This document shows, piece by piece, positions 48,845-64,000 of a stretch of DNA of 64,000 nt (positions are counted from its first letter, which is position 1; each line of letters opens with the position of its first letter). Below the pieces are notes generated by a model, which saw nothing but the letters and a program-made list of their open reading frames with translations, searched no databases and was not told the DNA's origin. The stretch lies in the NCBI GenBank assembly GCA_000708835.1, contig DF237290.1, positions 1 to 64,000 on the forward strand, read 5' to 3'. The position numbers and the translations under genes are program-made. Source of the stretch: Klebsormidium nitens. Its lineage: Eukaryota > Plantae > Klebsormidiophyceae.

Positions 48845-51800
48845 ATGGCGCCTGCTCGCTTTCATCCCCAGGTGGTGGCACTTCTCGTAGCACTGCATGG
48901 CACTATCTTCTGCAATGCCGTAGTAACCAGAGACGGAGGACTGAGCTACGTGACACCAGACTACAACGTTCAAAATAGCGGACGTGGCCCCAGCAATCAG
49001 CCAGGGGATTCTGTGATCTGCCGTGAGCTGGTCCTTTCACGAGGCTACCCCTGCGAAGACCACTCAGTGACCACCAAAGAAGGCTTTGTTCTCGCACTCC
49101 AGCGAATCCCAGGAGGGAAGCAAGCTGGGAGCGAGGGATGGGAAGAGCCACCTCAGCAGCGCCCGCCCGTCCTGCTGATGCATGGCATCTTGCAAGGTGG
49201 GGTATCCGCCTCCCCCAAACCATTGGCAGCTCATCTGTGGGGTGGTTCTCTGACACTTGCTTTTGAAGACTGGTGTAAATCTGCGATTGATGTATCCGCA
49301 ATGCTGACTTATCCATATTGAACTAAGTATGTGGGGGAGGAAAGTAGGCTTGATGTGCAACCGCTCTGGTTGGTTTGATTGTTGATTGAAAATGAGTTTG
49401 GCTTATATCATGAGACTTGACAGCAAAGGAAAGTCTGACGAGTTATGTGACATGGTGAAACATTGAGCTTGAGTTTCCGTAAGGGGGAGTATCATCATGC
49501 TTGGTGTGCTTATGTGGGGCAGCCAAAGTCTTGACACAATACTGGCCACCCAAACAACATAGCAACCATGGCAGCGGCTCAATCTGAACCTTTGAGGTAT
49601 GGTGGTTGTTCAAGTGCCTAATGGCACAAGAATAGAGCTTAGGCCCTGTTTGCTTTGCATATGGACAAAGTGGTTCAGAGGCTTTCCCTACATAGCCCTG
49701 GAAAGTTCCTACTCTGACCACTTTCTCTTCCATCCAGGTGGCGACTCTTGGCTACTGAACTTTCCAGGTATGACTGCCTGCTCCACCACTTTACGTTAGG
49801 CCTGTCATCGACAAACTGTTTGCTGAACATTCTTGTGTCCTTTACATGCATTCAGGGCCCTCCGCCTTCTGCTAAGAGAAAGCTTCCCTTCACTGCTTGG
49901 CTGGCCTCTGGGGAGTCCTCTGCTCTCCTTGTAAGAGTCACTTCCTTCTTTCACTCTGGGTCGGGCGACGGTCTCCTTGTCACTGAACTGATGCGGCTGA
50001 TGTTTGTGCACTCTACTGCAGCTGAAAACACGCTCGCCCTCACGCTCGCTGATGCTGGCTTCAACGTATTCCTTGGCAACTTCCGGGGCGCGCGCTGGAG
50101 CAACCACACCACGCTTCCGCGGAGCGACAAGGTGGGCACGCCAAGAAAGCATACGTCTCGTGCAAATTTGACTTCTGAGATGAGGACGATGGGCGTCCCT
50201 TTTTATCAATCCTGTCTGGGCATGTTTGAATCCGTTTAAGTGCTACCCAATCCCTGCCTGAAAGTGGCAAATCAAGAGAACTCTTGTTCTTCCAATCAAT
50301 CGCTTGTCTTCGAGCCTTTCTTCTTCGTTCATGGTGCCCTTCTTTATGTCGACACCATCGGCCGGTCTCAGCCACTCCCTGTCTCATGTGTTCCTTTTAT
50401 CGAGAGCCACACTAGAGTTGCTCCATGCGCGCCCAGATTGGCTGGAGATCTGGACGGCTGAATAACCAGAACATCCAAACAAGCTTGGAATCTGCATCTG
50501 GTTGCAAACTCATTTTCTGGGCCCCTGACCCTCCTGCTTCAGCCTGCTTCCTTCTGGTAGTTTTCTTTTTTCATCTCCTTAATACTTTTGGTTTCAGCAA
50601 GGACTCCTCTTGTTTTCACCCCGCAAATGGATTCGTGATTCTCCATCGGTTCTCGTGATTCTCTTTTCCAACCTGGCTGTTCTGCGTGCAGCGCTACTGG
50701 GACTGGAGCTGGGAGGACCTGGCGAAAGATGACCTGCCTGCCCTGCTGCGCTACGTGCACGACCTAGCGCAGGCCAAGGTGCTCTACGTGGGCCACAGCC
50801 AGGTACGGCCCTTGTGTTCGGAGGGAAGAGAAAGGTGGACAAAAAGTTTAGCAAGAATATTTGTGTAGAAAAAGTGCGACAAAAATATGCAATGCCAACG
50901 TGCTCTACGTGGGTCACAGCCAGGTACGGCCCTTGTAGTCAGAAGGAAACGACAGGAGGATATTTGGTGAATGAACAGAATTGGGAAAAGAGACAAGGAA
51001 CAAGCATGGGCAAGGAGCACTACGTGGGCCACGCCAGGTACGGCCGGTGATTGCTGAGGGGGAGACATAAGGGTTTTCGGCAAAGAGTCGAATTGCAGAT
51101 TCACGTGTTTCTCCCTCCACACACTCTGCTGATCATTTGAAGCCCATCAAAGTGCTTCTATCGACGTGCTTCCACACACTTCGTTTACAACTTTGCAAGG
51201 TTCCGTCCCAGAACAAACATGAATTATGGGAATGGGGGCCGAGCCCAACTGCGCCCGCCTGGGCATTGCCACCTATTGTGTGCCCCACAAGATGCTAACA
51301 CCCTAGAAGCCTTAAAGCTTTTCATTACAGGGCACGTTAACCCTGCTGGCCGCTTTGGCGGAGGATTCCGGAGTCGCTCCCCTGCTGTCGCGGGCGGTTC
51401 TGTTGTGCCCCATCGCGTACCTGGGCCACATCACGTCCGCGTTCCTGCGCGTCTTCTCCCGCATCTACCTCGACACGGTCAGAACACAAGCCTGGAACCC
51501 CAGAACTTCTCACTTCAGTCATCAACTAACACGATGGATCTTGACCTACTTATATCACCTGGAACTGACGGTTTACACGCTCGTCATCTGCACGAAACCT
51601 GATTCCCTAACCGACCCCACCCACTTATGTCCTCTTTTTGTTCACTAAGCCAAACGCTTACTGTATCCATTCGACTTCATGATTGCTCCGATAGGCCCCT
51701 TGCGATTTGACACTGCTACCGACATTTAAGGTGTCGAAAGCTTTCAGCAATACTGCGCAATGCCCTTCCTTCGCCGCCCTTGTCCAGTTACAAGAGATGT

Positions 51801-53599
51801 TTTGCAGCTCAGTCACGCAAAGTGACGCTCACTTTCTTCTTCATTGAGTCGAGATCTTGGCGGTTCACACAAACTTTGGTCGGTAACGAGATCAAACCCC
51901 GACTTGACGCACAGTTACACAACTTCCTTGAATGTGTTTTGGTGCTCTGCAGGCGGTGCGAGACAGTGGCCTATACGAGTTTAACATCAACAGGTGCGTC
52001 CTTTGGTCACTTTCCGTCAAGCAACACCGAAGATATATACCTAATCATCCGTCACACACGTCTCGGCATCTTCTTCGGCCCGTGGCCTCTGAACTCGACA
52101 GACGGAGCGCTCCGCTTCGCGCTCCTTCAGTGCCCTAACAGCGGACCCTCTTTGACTCGAGGCGTCTGCCACGTTGTGATCCACGTGATTGGCGAACAAA
52201 TGTAAGATTTGCGAGAGTTTTCGACAAACGTTCCAAACGATTGAATGTATTTGACAATAAAATCAATAACCTGAGAGTAGTCTAAGCGCCCCCTGACACG
52301 TGGCTGTCGAGGAGTGTGCAGCGCGCTGGTTGAGCGGATGGCGGGCCAAGCGTGCGCGCACGAGGGCGTCCGGTGCAACAGCATCCTGGCGTCCGTTACA
52401 GGTGTGCGCGCGCGCCCACTTTTCTGTTCCTCTCATTATCTTGTTTTTGGCCCCGCCTACTTCGGCCTTTCCCTTCTCCTGCTCTGTACATGGAAAGAGC
52501 TTCGACCTGTAAACAACCGTACACTCGGCCATTGCTAGTTGTGCGTGCAGCAATCTTTTTTACAACTAGGGTTCAACCGACCCCTTCGCAAACCCGGCCG
52601 CAGCCACGGCAGGGAACTAGGCGGCCTCAAGATTTTCCTTGTGCTGAGCGGAAGTCGCACGAAATCGCTCTCACTTGTGCGCACTTGTTGAGCGACTCTG
52701 TGCAGCCATTCTCGGGGCGGGGCCAGTCCCCACTCCCGGTGCCACCCTGTTGTTAGCCGTTCTGTTCACTTCCTCGGCCTTCACCACATATTTTATCTAC
52801 TCCGTGAGCATCTGCTGGAACTTCGGAGAAAGAGATGTTGCGGGGATTCTCCGATAAATGTCTCGTGCATACCGCGGGGTGCCACGTGGCAGGCCCCAAT
52901 TGCTGCATCTCCATGGACCGGCTGGCGTTCTTCTTCCAGTACGAGTTCCAGTCGACGTCGGTGAAGAACCTCGCCCACCTGGCCCAGAGTGAGCACACAC
53001 CTAGTTGCCGTGCACGCTTCCACGTGGGCAGTGCCACGTGGCACGCATATGCATGCTAACCTTTTTCATGCATGGAGGTTTCCTGTTAGGTCAGCTTCTG
53101 GTTCTGCCACGACCCTTTTGTCGCTTCGGCCTCGGATGTCATCAGTGGATGGAGGGTGTTGATGGTTGGCTCGACGAAAACCAACTCGGACTGAAAGGGT
53201 ATGAACGGAGGGAGTCTTTGAAGCTGGCAGGAAGTCCGCGTTTTCTTCAGAACTGTAAGACCACTGAAGGGCGTCGTCCTCCTTGCAGTGATTCGAACGG
53301 GCCGCTTCGCCAAGTATGACTACGGATGGGTCGGAAACCTTAGGCGCTATTTCAGGCTTTCCCCACCTGCATACGACCTTCGGCGTATCCCTTCAAGCCT
53401 TCCAATGCTCATAGCTTATGGGGGTATGGATGCTCTTAGTGATCCTCTCGACGTGCATAGGCTTCGTGCTGACCTTGTCAATGCTCCGCAAACGCTTTAC
53501 GTTCCGCATTATGCACACGGGGATTTCATCTTGGGTAAAACAGCAAAGGAAGAAGTCTATGACAAGGTATCTCGATTCCTTTGGAGAACGCCCATTTGA
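48845..53599 (+). CDS. Secreted triacylglycerol lipase, acid/gastric lipase (LIP1/MPL1-like) family (425 aa)
   Basis: Exons 48845..49196, 49738..49767, 50022..50131, 50692..50802, 51331..51477, 51953..51993, 52322..52401, 52893..52988, 53289..53599 (1278 nt). Signal peptide, GYPCEDHSVTTKEGFVL, LMHGIL, LGNFRG, GHSQG nucleophile, DAL and HGDF. Confidence 0.92.
50779..51045 (+). repeat. Three ~120-bp tandem units containing the lipase exon-4 3' end plus donor
   Basis: GTGCTCTACGTGGGYCACAGCCAG|GTACGGCCCTTGT at 50779 and 50900 (36/37 identical); a third copy with a 1-nt deletion at 51020-51045. Confidence 0.9.
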
Positions 53600-54544
53600 C
53601 TGATTCGTAGAGATCTTTAAGGGGGCCGCGGCTGCGGCCGCCCATCAACGCACCTACCACCATCAATTAAAGCATAGCTGAAAGCTGCACTCCACATTCT
53701 CATGCTCATTTCTGTCTTATTGATCCACGGTGCGAGTGACAAAAGGGCTACGTTCCATATCACCGCGCAGGCACTTACCTATTGATCGATCAGCTTTTGC
53801 AGAGGTTATTCATCGCGACGTCATGCAAACCCAAAAGCTTTCGAAAATGCTGACAATAGATGCTCACACATCCAAAATTCTAGCATGAATGAACCCCTAC
53901 GTACCGGCCTAGGTGGGGCTATCATATGTCTGGCGATGAATTCCTTTCCGCTCAATTAACTTAGACCATGAGTCACTGACTCAAGTGCAGGTTAGACTTG
54001 TATAAAGTTGTCGATTTCCATCTCCCATCACATCCAAAAACTGACTTATAAATGCTCCAGACTTGGTTGAAACTCGTATACCCACATGCCAGCACAATTA
54101 TACATTACGAATAAGCTTCCAGTACGTATACATACATAAAGGACGGCCCGTCCATCTCAACATGATGATGGCTGAGCTAATGATGCTTCATTTACATAGC
54201 AACTCTTCCAATCTAGCTATGGCTAAATACATACCGCGGGCTTCAGTACACATTTACATGCAATGCGCCGGGCCTGTATGGGCCGGCGGCCGGTATACAG
54301 TGGCAAAAAAAAGAAGAAGCAATGAGGTAAAGAAGAATACAGAGGTCCAACACGTGAAAGCAAGGTCTATAAGTGCTTGCGCTTTTCTTCTGTGCTGCTT
54401 GAGGGCCCCAGAGAGCGCCCCCGTCCACCGCTGCCAGCCTAAAGTTGGCAGCAAGGCCGTTTGTACAAGTATCAAGAATTTTCCAAACTTCGCTCACTGC
54501 TCTTGATCACGCTGCAGTATGCTAAAACTACATCAATTGCCAGA

Positions 54545-64000
<9,456 letters not shown>

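Overview
Eukaryotic, intron-rich nuclear DNA. Land-plant-like gene content, TTTTAGGG repeats and the intron style suggest a streptophyte alga such as Klebsormidium (inference). Bases 1-~6130 are the right part of a Mutator-like (MULE) DNA transposon. It carries an apparently intact spliced DDE+SWIM transposase, an array of regularly spaced palindromes inside its first visible intron, decayed cargo, and telomere-like repeats plus the same palindromes near the right end. The rest holds host genes whose exon chains I assembled with consistent splice phases: plastid DEAD-box helicase RH58, an atypical kinase, a MATE transporter, a 68-aa small protein, F-box FBP7, an AUX1/LAX permease, a TauD/TfdA dioxygenase, an acid-type lipase and the 3' part of a BchB-like BEACH protein. 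There is also one unresolved orphan gene. The most striking unexplained signal is what I call splice-junction echoes. In about a dozen introns of six genes, the exon-intron junction of the neighbouring exon is repeated 1-6 times inside the intron. The junction part is much better conserved than the spacer, several copies differ mostly at synonymous positions, and nearly every echo with an intact AG leads to an early stop codon. No tRNA, rRNA or CRISPR-Cas system was seen.
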